A DNA stretch of 64,000 nt, taken from positions 163,742,001 through 163,806,000 of the forward strand of contig OZ024743.1 in assembly GCA_964016885.1 (NCBI GenBank). The letters are read 5' to 3'. The notes under the pieces were generated by a model that searched no databases, had not been told where the DNA came from, and was given only the letters and a program-made list of their open reading frames with translations. How positions within the stretch are numbered: position 1 is the first letter of the stretch; each line of letters starts with the position of its first letter. The stretch comes from Eledone cirrhosa (lineage: Eukaryota). The translations under genes were made by a program, and so were the position numbers. This document shows positions 12,095-25,157 of this stretch, piece by piece.

Positions 12095-12668
12095 TCATCA
12101 TCATCCTTTAACGACCATTTTCCACGCTAGCATGGGTTAGACGGGAGTTGTCCCACATGAGGCAAGGTTGGTCGGGTGACCGTGTCTCACTCATATAGGA
12201 CTATCTGGCAGGTTTTCTACGGCTGGATGCCCTTCCTAACACCAACAACATTTACAGTGTGGAACTGGGAACTTTTTACCGTGTTACCTACACGGCCACA
12301 TTACAGCGTGGACTGTGTTTTTTTGGCGTGACACCTACACGATCTCGATCTCATTATCTCATTTATTTGGACTGGATGTTGTGGTACCAACTTTACAGAG
12401 AGAGGGTGGTGTTGGTGGGAGTGAGAGGATAGAGTAGGGGTAGTGGATTGGGGTGTATATTTGGTTGAGAGGTGCCTACTGACTGTAGGTTTCGCTTTGT
12501 ACATAGGCAAGGCGGGTCTTCTATATTACTGCATAGCGCCAAAGATCTCAGTCCAGTGACATTGTCTTAGAGAGGTGCAAGTGTGTAAGGTCGGAATTTA
12601 TCAGAGTGTCCCAGGTTTGTCTGGGTCTACCTACTCCGTAACTATCATCAATTTTGATCGCCCTGCTC
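12095..12668 (-). mobile_element. 5'-truncated RTE LINE family B (ORF2 end plus about 385-bp 3' UTR)
   Basis: Very similar to 34893-35468; (GAT)n tail; (TA)n on both sides. Confidence 0.88.
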
Positions 12669-13204
12669 TTATATATATATACACACACACACAGACAGTC
12701 ACATGCACTAATGTGTGCATGTGTGTGCAAACACTGTAATAATTGATATAGTCTATCAGCAGTTACCAAAGCTCCCAAGCTCACCAACCACCACACACAA
12801 CTGCTGACTATTTACAATATGGACACAGACAGCTAGGTTTGGGCTTATCACTGCCTTCCCCATCCTCCTACTTTGTTTTATCATTACCTTCATTCCTTTC
12901 TTCCTTCCCGATTTCCTATGCTCTCTCTTTTGGCTCTCATTTCAGTCTTGTTATTTAGATTGGAACCAATAAACAATGAGCTAGAAAGGAAGAGTAGGAG
13001 GAGGATGAGAAAGAATGACAACATTGACCAATCACGATTGAAACTTTCTTCCTCCCTTCCCTCACTCAAACTGTTATTTGATCACTTCAGTAACACTATA
13101 TGTGAGAAAGAGAGAGAAGGAAAGAGATAATCACTGACTTACTCTCCTTTACCACTCTCCATAAAATACTCAAACCATTATCCACATATATCAAAATATA
13201 ATCT

Positions 13205-13440
13205 GACAATTGTTTCACAATTTATCCAACTTAGTTGCCTCGGCTACAAAATCCAGTACTGCAGCCTGCAATGCAGAAGAGAGGAAGACAAGCAAGTACC
13301 GTAACTTGTCTGGCCACTTCCTCTTTGCACTGGTTGCTGTAGAGACCTCAGACATCCTTGGACCTCAGACAGCTGACGTCAGTAAAATTGGATTGATAGT
13401 GAGTTGAGGTGGCCATTGCAGCGGGTGTTGCTGGCCGTTG
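13205..13440 (+). mobile_element. Restriction-like endonuclease C-terminus of a CRE/R2-group non-LTR element
   Basis: AACNAEERKTSKYRNLSGHFLFALVAVETSDILGP fits the AE..K..KY....F.P.AVET.G..G pattern. Confidence 0.6.
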
Positions 13441-13677
13441 TCTGTAGAAATGCCTTTGCCATTTTGTCCACAAGGTGAAGCCAAAACGCAGGTCTGACTT
13501 AGGTGTAGAGTCTGTCACCTCTTCCCCCCCCCCTTTTTTTTTGTCTAGTAGTCTTTGATCTTCCCCTCCTTTATGGCATTTATAGTCCTTTCCAATGCTG
13601 CTTTCTTTTTCTGTATGTTTAACCAATTTATAGTTATATCAACAATAAATAAGCCATTTATCTATCATTATATGAAA

Positions 13678-13936
13678 TTGCCTTTCATCCTTACGGGGTC
13701 GACAAAATAAAGTACCAGTAATGCACTGGATAATTGCTGGCCTTGTGCCAAACATAGAAACAATTATATGAAAGATCTGTCTGACGCCATGCTTTGCACA
13801 AAGAGTTACGGCCCTTTATGGTCTGAATTCAAATCCCGCTGAGGTTAACTTAGCCTTTCATCCTTACGGGGTCGATAAAATGAAGTACCACTAATACACT
13901 GGGATAATTGCTGGTCTTGTGCCAAATGTAGAAACA
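13678..13936 (+). mobile_element. Two tandem 5'-truncated tRNA-derived SINEs, followed by an older copy to about 14080
   Basis: Shared body GCCTTTCATCCTTACGGGGTCGATAAAATAAAGTACCAG and tail GTAGAAACAATTAT; nested TSDs at 13667, 13763 and 13937. Confidence 0.85.
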
Positions 13937-14958
13937 ATGATATGAAAGATCTGTAAGAGCAGTAGATTAGCTGGCTGGTTTCTTAGAGCTGCAAACAAAA
14001 TGCTTTGCAGTATATTTTTCTGGTTCTTTACATTCTCAGTTCAAATTCTGCTGAAGTCAACTTTACCTTTCATCCTTACAACCAGTAAAGGGTTAGGAAG
14101 ACCCTTCAGTTGTGTCGAAGACATGGCAACTTCTCTAATGCTTGTGACATGATAAAATTCACTTGGTAGACCATGGGACTGCATGTAAGCAGGATGTAGA
14201 CACCTGGCAATAGACCCACTTCAGTATTGACTTAGTCTGTGAAAACCCATCTAACTCTTGCTAGCTTGGAAAATGGACGTTGAAAGTTGTCAGAGTACCA
14301 CTTAAATTCTTTGCAGAATTTAATGCTAACATCTTTTTGAAATTCTGAAAGTCAGTGGAATTGGAAGAATGAAATGGTAGCTTTGGTATGTCTGGTGTTA
14401 GGTGAGCAATGAAGGTGAGTGGGAGCCTGTGGGTGTGGTCTGAGGGAATGTTGCCCCTAATTCTACCAGTTGAAGCAGCCTATTAGAGGCCTTCATATAC
14501 ATTTTTGTAGTATAAAAAATTTATGGAAGTGTAACAAATTAAGTTGTTTAAATATAAAGTAACTATGTATTAGAAAATGTTAATGGCTGCTTTCCCATAG
14601 ATCTATCATTGAATCTATAGAGGTTGATCTGGAGAGGAGATAGGATCTGCCAGGTTAAAAAGAAACAAAATGCTGTAGAAACGCTGTATGTTAATGCGGT
14701 TCCCCTATGACTCCCTCAGGAGTTACAGGTCCATACATTCATTCATTACATACAAATATAAAACTAAGTTAATGAATATCAAGCAGTATTTGATCATGTC
14801 TGTAATGATTGATGAGTGTATGAATGGAGTGATGGTTATATGTATGTATATGTATAAATGGATAGTGGGCAAAAGGCAAATGGAAATAACAAAGCAAATG
14901 ACACAGTACAATGAAGAAATATATTATTAGCTTTATGCTTGATATAGTAGGAAAAGAG

Positions 14959-14994
14959 TCTTTACATTTCGGACGCTAGTCCTTCATCAGAAGA
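14959..14994 (-). ncRNA. Minimal hammerhead ribozyme motif (Penelope pseudo-LTR type)
   Basis: TCTT CTGATGA A GGAC-TAGC-GTCC GAAA TG TA AAGA: intact core with stems I and II paired. Confidence 0.7.
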
Positions 14995-16005
14995 TAGAAT
15001 GAGAAATTAAAGAAGAAATAGAGATAGAGGAGAATGGGCAGGGGCAGAAACGAAAAAAATTTCTTAGAGAAAAAGCAGATCTATTCAGGTCGCCAATCTA
15101 TATTATTATAATAATGAAGCCTTACTAGTTATTCAAGATCCAGGAGTTTTAGGCTATAATAAAATAAATTATACATCATTCTACCCGTGTATTCAATTTT
15201 GTTTCTCCCATTCATGTAATCAAATCTCTGTATATATTCACATATGTATATATTAAATATGTTAATGAGTATTCTTTTAGATATGTGCGTGTGTTGTTTT
15301 TGTATAATTGATATATTCATGTGCGTATATAATGGGTTTGTCAGTGTATGTGCATATCTGTGTGTGTATAATTGATATATCTTCATGTGACTGCATGTCT
15401 TTATGTTTGTGTATTCGTGTGCACATGCACATACCCATAAGATAAGCAATATCTAACAACAACTCTGTGGTAATTGTTTAGAAGACTTGTTGCATGCTGG
15501 TATGGTTACAATGTCCTTGAACGAAACCAATGACGACGACGACGATGGTGACAATGATGATGATAATCTCTTGACATTCTTCAATGTCTACTTGGTATAT
15601 TTGGGTGATGACTTTGTGGTAGCGGTGGTGGTGGTGGTGGTGGAGGTGGCAGCTATATTTGGAACACTCTTTCCTTGTATCTCTCTCTCTCTCCTCTTCA
15701 CTGAAACTTCATAAATGGTGTCTATTAAGGTTCTTGTTTGTGCCCTTCCCCACATCCTCAACACTCCCCCGCTGCCCAAATCTGATTGGGGAACTGAAAA
15801 TGAACCAGCTACTATATATAAGAGCCATTCTTAATTTAAACTGTGAAGCATCACTGGTTCTTATACACAATATACACACTCATGTTACAGGTTGTATATA
15901 CATATTTGTTTGTATGTGTGTGTGAAAAATAAATATATATATATATATATATCATTGTTTCAAATCCATTTTAAATGATGATGATGATATATGTATATAT
16001 ATAAT

Positions 16006-16192
16006 TGTTTCTATGTTAGGCACAAGGCCAGCAATTACACAGTGTATTACTGGTACTTTATTTTATCTACCCCGTAAGGGTGAAAGGCAAAGTTAACCTT
16101 GGCGGGATTTGAACTCAGAATGGCAAGGGTTGTAACTCTATACGTCAAAGCATGGCACCCGACCCTCTACCAATACTGCCAATCCACCACCC
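16006..16192 (-). mobile_element. Full-length tRNA-derived SINE
   Basis: A-box-like TGGCAGTATTGG, B-box GAGTTCAAATCC; TSD tatatataat at 15996-16005 and 16193-16202. Confidence 0.88.
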
Positions 16193-16957
16193 TATATATA
16201 ATGTCTGAGAATCTGTGTTAGGATGTAAAAATACCAGCTAACAACTGTATAGTGAGGTTAATTTAGATACATTGGTACATATAGCCCATACATACATGCA
16301 TTCATTGACAAATACATTAATATCTGCACCCTTACTCTTTCTATTTCTTTTTTCTCAGAAATAATCAATCCTTCTTCCCCAGAATGTTATCCCTCTGGGT
16401 TTTTCACCCTTTTATTTCTGATAGAGAAGACAGAGACAAGTAAATGGACCTTATCTGGGAAGCATAATATGCTGACTTTATCAAAGTTTGCTTACACTTG
16501 TAATTTGGTATTCATGTTCTACATTTTATTAACATACTAAAAACTTAGTAATGACGCAACAATAAAATGCACCAGGTTTACTCTGTAAAGTGCAGAAACA
16601 TGTGTAATTGAAATCAAACCCATCTGAGTGGTTGATAGCTCTAATTAACTAGTGACTTAGTCTATGACAACCTGTCCAATGCTTGCTAGCAGGGAAAACA
16701 TGGCTTATCCGAAAAGGTGAATTTAAAAGATTATTTTCATAATTATTATCTAATATTAGTATTAAACCAGCAGATAATCATATTATTTTTAGAATGTGTG
16801 TCATGGCAAACTAGTAGTAATAAAACAAAATTAATCTGAACTACTTTTTAACTGAATTTTATCTATAAAAATGGTTGAGTCAGTCACCTTCCAGATGATA
16901 TCTGCCTGAACTATTGTCATCCATCTTTAATATAAACTATTATTATTATTACGTGTA

Positions 16958-17104
16958 CATGCTTTCTAGCATAGTTACGTCCCTTTACGATCTGAGTTCA
17001 AATCCCGCCGAGGTTGACTTTGCCTTTCATCCTTACGGGGTCGATAAAATAAAGTACCAGTAATGCACTGGGTAATTGCTGCCCTTGTGCCTAAAGTAGA
17101 AACA
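16958..17104 (+). mobile_element. 5'-truncated SINE of the same family
   Basis: 13-bp TSD attattacgtgta at 16945-16957 and 17105-17117. Confidence 0.88.
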
Positions 17105-17934
17105 ATTATTACGTGTAAAAACCTTTCACTACAATGCTGGGTAAAATACACTTTCACCCACAAATGACCTGAGAAATAACTATATGTATTATATATATAT
17201 AAGTGTGATGGACAAATGTCATGGGTTTTTTTAAGTCTGTGTTATCTTGTCTGTATGTTTAACTATGAAAATATAGTTAAAGTATTTATATTTATCTAAA
17301 ACTTTTCCATAATTTTATGAAATAATCTTTAAATTATGCTCCAAAAAGAAGCTTTATAATGAGAAAGTTAGTTATATTTCTAAATCCCTTCAAATCTTTG
17401 AGTATTTTTGAAATTATTTGAAGATCATAGTGTCTCATTAAAAATATGGTAACAGAAGGGTTAAAGAATAATGATTTTTATTTGTTTGTTTTTTTTTCGG
17501 CCTAAGTTTTGGATGTTACCTTTTTACCTTTCAAATATTTCATTTTCACCTTGTAAAGATTTACCATTACCAATTTTTTCTGACTTTCTATCTCTCTAGT
17601 TAGTTTTCTATTAATTAATTTTCTTTCTTTTCAGAAATTCTTTTTTTTCTTCCAAATTAAATTTTTCTATAGTATTTACCAATTTCTTTTTTGGTGGGGT
17701 GGCATTGGTGGTGGGGTGACATCGGGAATTTCTTCACTGTTTACAATTTGTCTCGTGTATTAATTCTTATCTAGAAATCAATAAATTCTCTTAAAAATTA
17801 TTTTTCTATTTTATTTTATTTTATTTTCTGTTTTTTTCATTCCTTAACTTTATAATTTATTTCATTTGATTGGATTTATGGATTTATTTATTTATTTTGT
17901 ATTGTATAGACTACTCTTCAGTAGCTCAAAACAC

Positions 17935-18296
17935 GTATGTGTGTGTATGAATGAGTGTATGTATATATGTATTTGTGTGTGTATGAAGGAGTGTATATAT
18001 ATATGTGTGTGTATGAAGGAGTGTATATGTATGCGTGTGTGTATTTGTGTGTATATTAGTGTGTGTGTGTACATATGTGTTTGTATGCATATATATGTGT
18101 GTGTATATATGTGTATATATATGTAGGCATTTGTGTGTATGTATATGTGTGTGCATATATGTGTGTATGTAAATATCTGTGTGTGTGTGTGCATATATAT
18201 AGATAGATAAACATACCTATGCATACATATGCTCAAATATGCATACACATCTAAATACATATACATACATACACACACACATGCACACACACACAC
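17935..18296. repeat. Compound (TG)/(TA)/(CA) microsatellite
   Basis: Directly visible; similar tracts occur at about 21330-21485, 23470-23540, 25055-25152, 32620-32770 and 37765-37840. Confidence 0.9.
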
Positions 18297-19617
18297 TTCT
18301 ATTAAGTATATTCATGCACAGTTATTTTGGAAAGCATTCCAAATATATATTTTTTATTCAGTAGGTTGTTAGTTGTAGTTGCAGCTATGAACATGACATG
18401 GGTTAGTGGTGCTATTGGCATGCATGAATGTGTGTGGGGTTGATGGGTATAGTTGCAGGCTTGAATGTGTGGCTAGGTTTGTGGTTGTAGTGGTAGGTTT
18501 ACTTGTGTAATTGTGAAATACATTTTCAAATCGCCTGTTTGGTTATTTACTGTTTTAAATTTTGATGTTGGTTGAGAATTCTTTTTTTATTATTAATTCT
18601 TATTAATGTTTCAATTTACTTCATCTCATCTGTTGTTAGTTGGGTTTAAGAGTTTAATTTCGATTGCTCTCCATTTCCATCTTTCTTCTTTTAGGTATAG
18701 AAGCCAGGTTAAGGGAAACAGAAACACACATATGCACAGGTAAACATACAAAAAGAAAGTAGAAATATATATACACATACACACATACAGAAAAAGATTA
18801 AACTGCTCACAGTAAATAGAAATTAATGTATATGTCATCATCATCATTTTATGTTCATTGTTCCACTCTTGCATGGGTTGAACAGATCCTTCTCAGTACA
18901 GCATCTCTCAACTTGTCACGGTTCTTTGTCATCTCCGCTTCTGCAATTTGTAATCAGCTCTTACCACTTCCATCTGGGTCTTCCTTTACTGCAGCTTCCT
19001 TCTTTTCGGATCATCATCTATACGCTTCACATGTCCATACCAATGTGGTCTCTTTTGCACACTACTTTTGATTCCTCTTAAACCTAGTTTCTCTCTCAGT
19101 TCATCCATGCTTTGTCATTGTCACACATTAACATTGCACATCTATTGATGTGTCTGTGTTTATATCATCATCATCATCATCACCGTTTAACATCCATTAT
19201 TGTCCCATTATGAGATAGGCCAGGTCAGAAGACCATGCCTTGCTCATACAGAACTGATGTTGGCTTGGTTTCAATGGCTGGATGCCCTTCCTAATGCCAA
19301 CCACATTTACAGTGTGTACTGGGTGCTTTTTGTCATGACACCTACACGACCACTTTAGAGTGTGGGCTGGACACTTTGTCGTGTCACCTACAATAAGCTG
19401 TCCATATAAGGGTAAAGTTTCTTTACTCTTTCTAATATAGTCACACTCTATTATCCCAAGTATTGAGTACTCTGTTGAATAATGGTCTTACTAGTTTAAT
19501 ACTGATTCAATTCAAGATGGCCAACTGAACACACACTTATGTTTTTTTTTTCTCATTTTCCTCATTAATTCCTCTTATCACTCTTTACTTTCTATTTATC
19601 TTCTATTTCTAAGTCTA

Positions 19618-19655
19618 TCTTCTGATGGACTGGACTAGTGTCCAAAACGTTGAGA
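19618..19655 (+). ncRNA. Degenerate hammerhead motif, same family as 14959-14994
   Basis: TCTT CTGATGGA CT GGAC-TAGT-GTCC AAAA CGTT GAGA; core mutated; flanks resemble the 14.96-kb copy. Confidence 0.45.
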
Positions 19656-19980
19656 CTCTCTACCTGCTTTTCAAGCATTAAACTAATATATTTCTTTCAT
19701 GTACTGTGCTGTTTATTTTGTTATTTTCGTTCTGTTTACCTTTTACATATATATATATATATATATGTATGTATATACTGGTTATTTAGTAATGTTAGTT
19801 AATTACTGTAGGTGACACCAATACAAGCACTCAATGCTATTACTTGAACAAGGTGATTCCAGTTGAAAGTGTGTTCTTCACACTGTACCAGTGTATTCTA
19901 TATTCGTAGTTAGCAGAGTGTTTACATTATATATAAAAGAACAAAGCTTCAATTTAAAACGTTTTTATTCATTAGCAAAT

Positions 19981-20052
19981 GTGACACGTTTCAGAAATGA
20001 CCAGCTCAAGGTCTTAATAAATACAACTCCAGTATCAATCTGCTCATCAGAC
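19981..20052 (-). ncRNA. Hammerhead motif with long stem II
   Basis: GT CTGATGA G...T GAAA CGTGTC AC: intact core, GUC cleavage triplet, weak stem I. Confidence 0.5.
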
Positions 20053-20409
20053 TCAGATTGGAATCAAAACATTTCCACCTCAAATCTAGGTATATGATCA
20101 GTGTATATACATATGTACAAACGAATACATCATCATCATCTAATTTCCATTTTTCCATGCTAGCTTGGGATAGGTTGAGCCAATAAGGAAAATGCAAAGT
20201 TTGGTGTAGTTATCAAAGAGTCCTTTATTAACAAAGCTGTGATACATATTTCAATGATGGTCGTGGCTATGTGATTGTTCAGTCATACAAGCTCATCAGA
20301 GCATCATTATGTAATAAGGTTACATCTCCGATGCAATCCAAACTAAAGACAATGGAACAGACAAAAATTATATTTTCATAGTTGATGTCCACCCCCTTGA
20401 AAACATTAT

Positions 20410-21130
20410 TGGAACCACAGTAATGGATTGTTACCATTGCTACTATCGAGTTGTGGGCAGGAGCATTGTCATGATGGAACAAGACTCCTTTCATCAGCAG
20501 TACTGGCTTCTTTTTTTAAGTGGGTTGGTGTAGTATTGTCCAGTGATGGTGTGACACTTTTAGAAATAATCTATCAACAACATCCCTTGTGCATCCCAGA
20601 TAATGGTAGCCATGACCTTTTCTGGTGGTGGTGTGACCTTGGCCTTTGGGGTGGGTAAAGATGAGTGTTCTTTTGTTTCAGGTTGGTACTGATTGACCCA
20701 GGTCTCGTCCATGGTTACAAATTATGCCAAGAAATCTTCTGGATCAGCTTCGAAAAGTTCCAAATCGTTGGAGGACATAGTGCGACAAGTGTGCTTTTGT
20801 TCTTCACTCAAAAGACATGGAACCCAGTGTGCAGACACCTTTGTCAAACCAAGCTCATTCATCAGAATATTATTAGCTTACCCCTGGGAGATACTATCTG
20901 TTGATCCTCCATTACCATCCCAAGGACAAGGTCAATGTTCTCTGGTCTGGTCACTGTTGATGGCCTCCTAGATCTTGGGTCATCTTCCACACCTTCTTAC
21001 CATGCTTGAATTCATTGACACAGTATATGACCATGAGATATGTTGGGGCATCTTCCCTTAATGTGTCTTGCATATCCTTTTGGATCTCAGCTAGGCCCAT
21101 GCCTTTCAACTGCAGATACTTTATTATTGC
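20410..21130 (-). mobile_element. Degenerate mariner transposase remnant
   Basis: KGVLFHHDNAPAH in ORF 20279-20494; further WVP- and DETW-like remnants. Confidence 0.7.
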
Positions 21131-21389
21131 TTGATACTTGAGTTTCTTTATTTTTCATGACACACTATAGTACACCAACGTAATATTTTCCTGTTTTCTT
21201 TTGGTTGAAATGTTTCTTGAAATATTTACTTCTGCGTCTACAAATTGATTTTTCTCAGTTTCAGAAGATCCCGTAATAAGGTGAAAGCAGAAATTCTTTG
21301 CTTAAACTTTAATCTGTACTAATAATAAATATATATATGTGTGTGTGTGTATATATATATATAATCAACAAACCATATAACTCATTGTT

Positions 21390-21420
<31 letters not shown>

Positions 21421-21544
21421 ATGTATGTGTATATATATATATATAGTTGTGTGTGTGTGTATAAAAATATATGTATATATATATCATCATAATTGTTTGA
21501 CATCTATTTTCCATGCTAGCATGGGTAGTGTATATATATTGTGT

Positions 21545-22430
21545 GTGCATGTTCCAAAAATACTGTAGCCAGAGTGAAATCAGGATGGAAGAAGTTCAGG
21601 AAGCTACTACCACTGCTATCTACAAAAGGCTGTTCCCTCAAAATGAAGAGCAGATTGTATAATGCGTGTATACGAACAGCAATGTTGTATGGTAGTGAAG
21701 CCTGGGTGTTATGTGCAGAGGACTTGTAAAGATTGGAAAGAAATGAAGCTTCATGCTTCAATGGATGTTTAATAGTAATATAAATGAATTGAAAAAGAAA
21801 CTAGGCATAAGAGGAATCAGATGCAGTGAGAAGGAGAGGAGGAGTTTGTGTTGGTATGAATATGTGATGGATATGAAGGACGACAGCTGTATAAAAAGGG
21901 GCAGAGCGCTCACAGTTGATGGAAGCTATGGAGTAGGAAGATCCAGGAAGACTTGGGATGAAATGAAATGATAAAAGCTGACCTTGCACAATTGCACCTC
22001 TCAATGCAAATAACACATGACCAAGATCTCTGGTGTTATGCAGTAATACAGGAGACCTGCCTTCGCATGACTACAGGCTGAAGCATACATATAGTATGTA
22101 CCACCTTCACCTCCAAACCTCTTCCATACACATCCCACATTTTATCACACACACCCATATACCCACCTACCCAACCTCCACACACCTCCCCACCAAAGTC
22201 CCCAGCCCAAACTGTAAAGTGGTTGTGTAGGTGTCATAACAAAATGCACCCAGTACTCACTGTAAATGTGGTTGGCAATAGGAAGGGCATCCAGCTATAG
22301 AAACCAAGTCAAAATCAGTTCTGTATGAGCAACACATGATCACCTGACCTGGCCTATCTCACAACGCACCAACTCATCTAACACATGCTAATGTGGAAAA
22401 ATGGGTGTTAAATGGTGATGATGATGATGA
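21545..22430 (+). mobile_element. 5'-truncated RTE LINE family B
   Basis: GWKKFRKLLP..AMLYGSEAW; 3' UTR with GGAAGGGCATCCAGC box and (GAT)n tail. Confidence 0.85.
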
Positions 22431-22486
22431 TACATGCACATGTATATCTGTATGTATATATGCATATCTGTGTGTGTGTATATATA

Positions 22487-23466
22487 TATATACTATATAA
22501 ATGGCAATTTGTGTCTGTCTGTGCGTAACCAGTTGGCATCTAAACCAGTGATTCGATCCTGATGAAACTTTACACACATGTTAAGCTAATATCCAGGAAC
22601 AGGACTGGCTAATTGGATGTCAATAAAAATCAATAATAGAACCCCTGGAGACATGAAACCCTCGCTCCCACTACTCTCCTTTCTCCTCCCATAACTCAGT
22701 CCTCCAAAACGAGGCAACAACTTATTTGTTTTTTGTTCTTCATTCTGTAGAGAAAGAGAGAGCGGGGATAAGAGAGAAAGAGAGGGGAGGAGAGAGGGAA
22801 AGAGAACCAAAGAAAGAGAGAGAAGGGGGATTAGGGAAAAGAGAGAAAGAAAACAGAAAAATGATAGCATAGTTCGATAACTAACTTTTATTTATTTGTT
22901 TTTTAAAAGCTTCTTAACTAACTCCTTTCTTAACGTTACTTCTTTTTCTCTCTCTCTTTCACAAAAGTTGTAATGAGACTCTGTGTGTATGTGAGCGTGT
23001 GTTGAATTAGAGACAAGTGTGTGTGTGTGTCTTTATCGCCGTACTTAAGTTAGAGACATATATCCCAGTCTACTGTCTCAAATTGTTTTTTTTATTTTAT
23101 TTTATTTATGCTTTTTAAAATAGCCTTCACATTTTGTTTGAATTTCAGAGGTTCTGATTGTACAAAAAAAAAATGATAAATAAAATCTAAATTTATTTTT
23201 TGGTCATGCCCTTTTCACTGACAACATACCTAATGATCCTTCCAAGTGCGAAGCATTATATATGCTGACTGTAATAGGGAACAGTATTAAAAAATCACCA
23301 TTGGACAAAACTAATAATATTTTTATCTACATGATTTGCTTTAAACAAACGGCAATAAAGATTCTGCTATAATTCCTACTTTAGTTAAAATTCAGCAATC
23401 ATATTTCAATGGTCAAATATTGTAACTTTAATAAAATACCCGGGAATCACCGGGTAGCTCAGCTAG
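22487..23466 (+). mobile_element. Non-autonomous Helitron-like element
   Basis: 5' TATACTATATAAAT..GTCTGTCTG; 3' hairpin ACCCGG-GAATCA-CCGGGT (23438-23455) then CTAG|T. A similar decayed 3' end lies at about 7056-7084. Confidence 0.65.
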
Positions 23467-23620
23467 TATATATATATATATGTATATGTGTGTTTATATA
23501 TATATATATATATATATGTGTATATAAATATATATATATATAAATAAAAATGGATACAGTAAAAACCAGTTACACTATTACTCACCAGACTACTTCATAC
23601 TTGGAATAGTAGTGGGTAAT

Positions 23621-23730
23621 ATGAACATTTTGGGACCCCGACGGCTAAGCCCCTGCTGTTTCAACAGCCAGATCCAGATCTAGCTGTTAAAACAGCAGGA
23701 TCTCAGCCATCGAGGTCCCAAAATGTTCAT
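23621..23730. repeat. 110-bp imperfect palindrome
   Basis: 55-bp arms with 47/55 complementary positions and essentially no loop. Confidence 0.9.
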
Positions 23731-23749
23731 ATATATATATATGTATGTA

Positions 23750-25054
23750 CAGGGTGCGGACGATATTTGTTCGCAAGATTACTGTGTAGGAAAAAATAAC
23801 AGTAGTTTTATTTTTTAAGATATATTTGTCAAACTTGGGTCAGTTTGTCTTCATGACTTGTTCTTTCGATCTCACTCGATAAACCCGCCATTGGCTTTGA
23901 TAACGGCCTCAAGGCGGCCTCGGAACCGGCTACAGGCCTTTGTCACTGTCCCCCGATTTAGGCCCCTAAAGGCACTTGTGATCCTGGCCTTCAGATCGTC
24001 TTTCGTATTGCAGCTAGATCTGTTGGTGTCTCATTCCACTGCGCCGCACACAAAGAAGTCGAGGGGGTTGCAGTCAGGCGAGCTGGGAGGCCAGATGTCA
24101 GGTGAAGTGTGGTCAACGAAGTTCTCTGACAGCCAGGCTTGGGTCTTTCGGCTGGTATGGCAGGGCGCTGAATCTTGCTGCCACATGTACGGCCTACCTG
24201 CAGCTACCTGGTTGATCCAGCGCTTTACTACCTTGCTCAGAACGCGGATGTAGCCATCGGTGTTCAGCTTGAGGCCCTCAGGGAAGAAGTGAGGTGGCAT
24301 GACGTCACCTTGACTGCTGACGACACCTAAGACCAGTGTTGTTGCTGGAAACTTTGTCTGCATGACTCTGGGCACGTCTTTGGATGAGACAGCGAGCCAC
24401 CTGTTGTTCTGGGAGTTGATCTTCCGGTCTTGGCAGAAGTTTTTCTCGTCGGAGAAAAACCACAGCATGCCTGGCTCCAGTGGGTGCTTCAGCTTGTTGA
24501 TCAGCTTCTTAGTGTGCTTCAGTCGCTTTTCTTGCATCGCCTTTGACAGAAATTGTCTTTTCCTCATCTTGTATGAAACGTAGCGAATGTCTTCATGTAC
24601 CACCAGCCTAATGAACTTTTCATCCACGCCTTTCTCCCTTGCAATGGCACGCATCGACTTGCTAGGTTCATTGTTGATGATATCCTGAACTTCAGCGATG
24701 AACTCGGGCGTTCTGAAGGCGTCAGATCGTCGATCATGTGTTTTCCTCTCTGATGTTGCTTTGTAGTCGAATCCTGAATCTTCCAATTCCTTTCTGACCT
24801 TTTCCACCATTCTCCTGCTGACGCTGAGAAAGTCTGAAATTTCCTTATTTGTCCTCCCGGCGTGGATTCCAAGAAGAACTCCGTGTCTCTTCCACAAATT
24901 TGGAGGTTCAAAATTATTCATAATCAATTATTCTGAAAATAAATAATGGAAATATAGTAACTGTTTTTATGAAGACAAGAGTGACAACGGAAGTAAAAAA
25001 AATTTGCATAAAATTAGCAGTTGAAAATTGCGAACAAATATCGTCCGCACCCTG
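23750..25054 (-). mobile_element. Full-length Tc1/mariner-superfamily DD37D (maT) transposon
   Basis: Perfect 27-bp TIRs CAGGGTGCGGACGATATTTGTTCGCAA (23750-23776 and 25028-25054); TA TSD; 1305 bp. Confidence 0.95.
23872..24927 (-). pseudogene. DD37D transposase, 351 codons with one internal TGA at 24031-24033
   Basis: FSDEKNF; QQDSAPCH-x-SPDCNPLD with 37 residues between D2 and D3. The frame continues past the stop as DTNRSSC...ANGGFIE*. Confidence 0.92.
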
Positions 25055-25085
<31 letters not shown>

Positions 25086-25157
25086 TTCTGTGTATGTATA
25101 TATATATATATATATCTGTGTATGTATATATATATATCTATATATATATATATTTCT

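Noticed and set aside
12095-12668. Segmental duplication with 34893-35468
   Set aside because: Similarity ends at the LINE tail and at a 5' truncation point, and the flanks differ, so these are independent retrotransposed copies.
17866-18296. Cys/His/Tyr-rich ORFs (also near 15129, 21309, 24914 and 32573)
   Set aside because: Translations of (TG)/(TA)/(CA) microsatellites.
23621-23730. A-to-I hyper-edited retrocopy as origin of the G-U bias
   Set aside because: Several of the implied edited adenosines would have a 5' G neighbour, which ADAR disfavours, and at least one change fits CpG decay.
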